This document shows, one piece after another, positions 62,539 to 64,000 of a stretch of DNA of 64,000 bases (positions within the stretch are counted from its first letter, which is position 1; every line of letters begins with the position of its first letter). The position numbers and the translations under genes are program-made. The stretch is taken from contig CAZRKH010000091.1 of assembly GCA_964600785.1 (NCBI GenBank), positions 9,037 to 73,036 on the forward strand, read 5' to 3'. This DNA is from an uncultured Chitinophagaceae bacterium. GTDB lineage: Bacteria; Planctomycetota; Planctomycetia; Pirellulales; UBA1268. The notes under the pieces were generated by a model. That model was not told the origin of the DNA. It did not search any database and saw only the letters and a program-made list of their open reading frames with translations.

Positions 62539-64000
62539 ATGCCATCCCCCGCACGTCCGCAGACCCGGCCACGCCCGCAGGGACAGTTCTGCCGCCGCAC
62601 CCGCCGGGAGTTTTTCTGGGAGGCCGGGGCCTCCTTCACCGGCCTGGCCCTGGCCGGCCTGCTCGATGAGCGATTTTTTGCTCGGCAGACGCACGCCGCC
62701 ACCGGAATTCCCTTCGACAATCCGCTCGCCGCCAAGCCGCCGATGTTCGCCCCCAAGGCGAAGAGCGTGATCTTCCTGTTCATGTACGGAGGCCCGAGCC
62801 ACGTCGACACCTTCGACTACAAGCCTGCCCTCTATCCGCTCGACGGCAAGACGATTCCGGTCAAAACGAAGGGGCGGGGAGGCGAGCGGAACAAGGGGCG
62901 GGTCGTCGGCCCCAAGTGGAAGTTCAAGCAATACGGCAAGTGCGGCAAGTGGGTCAGCGACCTGTTTCCCAACATCGCCCGCCATGTCGACAAGATTGCC
63001 TTCCTGCACTCGATGACGGCCGACTCGCCGATTCACGGCTCCGCGATGCTCCAGATGAACTCGGGCAAGCTCCAGTCGGGAGCGCCCTGCCTCGGCTCCT
63101 GGGCCAACTACGGCCTGGGCAGCGTCAACGACAACCTGCCCGGGTTCGTGGTCATGCTCGATCCGACCGGCGGGCCGATCTCGGGGGCCAAGAACTGGTC
63201 GAGCGGGTACATGCCCGCCACCTACCAGGGCACGATTCTGCGGAGCAAGGGGCCGCCGATCCTCGATCTTGCCCCGCCTGACGACATGCCACTCGAGGCC
63301 CAGCGAGCGATGCTCGATGCCCTGCGGGAGGCCAACACGGCCCACCTGCTCTCCCGCGGCGACAACAGTGAGCTGGCCGCCCGGATCGCCTCCTACGAGC
63401 TGGCCTGGAAGATGCAGGAACACGCTCCGGAGGCGGTCGATCTGGCGAGTGAGACCGATGAGACGACGCGGCTCTACGGGCTCGACAATCCCCGCACCGC
63501 CGACTTCGGCCGCCGCTGCCTGCTGGCCCGGCGGCTCGTCGAGCGGGGCGTGCGGTTTGTCCAGCTCTATTCCGGCGGGGCCCACAACGACGACAACTGG
63601 GATGCCCACGGCGATCTCGTGAAAAACCACGAGTTCCACGCCGGTAACACCGACCGGCCGATCGCCGCTTTGCTCGAAGACCTCCAGCGGCGGGGCCTCT
63701 TGGACGAGACCCTCGTGATCTGGGGGGGCGAATTCGGCCGGCAGCCGACGGCCGAATACGCCAAGGGCACCGGCCGCGACCACAACGCCTACGGATTCAC
63801 AATGTGGATGGCTGGCGGCGGCATCAAGGGGGGCGTGAGCGTGGGCGAGACCGACGAGCTCGGTTCGGCCGCGATCTCGCCGGGGCCGGGGCACGGCAAC
63901 GAAGACAAGCCCGGCTTCCACGTCAAGCGGCTCCATGCCACGGTGCTGCACCTGCTCGGCCTCGACCCCAACCGGCTGGCCTACTTCTTCGGCGGCCTCG
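62539..64000 (+). CDS. DUF1501 (sulfatase-fold) protein, Tat signal, 3' end beyond window
   Basis: Own translation from ATG 62539: MPSPARPQTRPRPQGQFCRRTRREFFWEAGASFTGLALAGLL...KSVIFLFMYGGPSHVDTFDYKP...HSMTADSPIHGSA...GGEFGRQP.....GRDHN..GFTMWMAGGGIKGG. It is the classic partner of PSD1 proteins. It is not in the ORF track because no stop lies in the window. Confidence 0.9.
   Translation, partial: MPSPARPQTRPRPQGQFCRRTRREFFWEAGASFTGLALAGLLDERFFARQTHAATGIPFDNPLAAKPPMFAPKAKSVIFLFMYGGPSHVDTFDYKPALYPLDGKTIPVKTKGRGGERNKGRVVGPKWKFKQYGKCGKWVSDLFPNIARHVDKIAFLHSMTADSPIHGSAMLQMNSGKLQSGAPCLGSWANYGLGSVNDNLPGFVVMLDPTGGPISGAKNWSSGYMPATYQGTILRSKGPPILDLAPPDDMPLEAQRAMLDALREANTAHLLSRGDNSELAARIASYELAWKMQEHAPEAVDLASETDETTRLYGLDNPRTADFGRRCLLARRLVERGVRFVQLYSGGAHNDDNWDAHGDLVKNHEFHAGNTDRPIAALLEDLQRRGLLDETLVIWGGEFGRQPTAEYAKGTGRDHNAYGFTMWMAGGGIKGGVSVGETDELGSAAISPGPGHGNEDKPGFHVKRLHATVLHLLGLDPNRLAYFFGGL

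Overview
High-GC (about two-thirds G+C by eye, not computed), densely coded chromosomal segment. It carries Planctomycetota-type hallmarks: a PSCyt/PSD1 + DUF1501 gene pair, a BBP7-like outer-membrane barrel, a PEP-CTERM protein and a long-form signal peptidase I. I support about 58 CDS, one tRNA-Val, no rRNA, no CRISPR and no transposase or integrase.

Housekeeping genes: lepA, lepB, lptB, thrS, glnA, an LpxH-family gene, a ClC channel, an aquaporin and an Opp/Dpp-type ABC importer without ATPases.

The largest functional block is a complete cytosolic [NiFe]-hydrogenase locus at 26166-37172, with hypF at 40759-43194. It contains a small subunit with no Tat signal, a large subunit, an endopeptidase, a TPR-like protein, a 129-aa unknown, a NifU-Rieske fusion, an NHL propeller, hypCDE and divergent hypAB. 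The gene set and the small-subunit cluster ligands look Huc/group-2a-like.

The most unusual local signals are:
- (i) A textbook-looking -1 frameshift cassette joining two small ORFs at 49095-49564: C_CCA_AAC heptamer, 0-frame stop, 6-nt spacer and a 12-bp stem.
- (ii) An (ATGACCCC)5(ATGACTSCC)4 tandem array forming the start of an EcsC-like gene.
- (iii) A dispersed about 120-155 bp hairpin-rich MITE/REP-like repeat family. It exactly fills four intergenic gaps and sometimes supplies the stop codon, and it has a 36-bp mini-variant.
- (iv) A FabF-like ketosynthase with Asp in place of the catalytic Cys.
- (v) A frame-broken RCK K+ channel gene.

Many long ORFs in the track are antisense shadows of real genes, as expected at this GC content, and are rejected.
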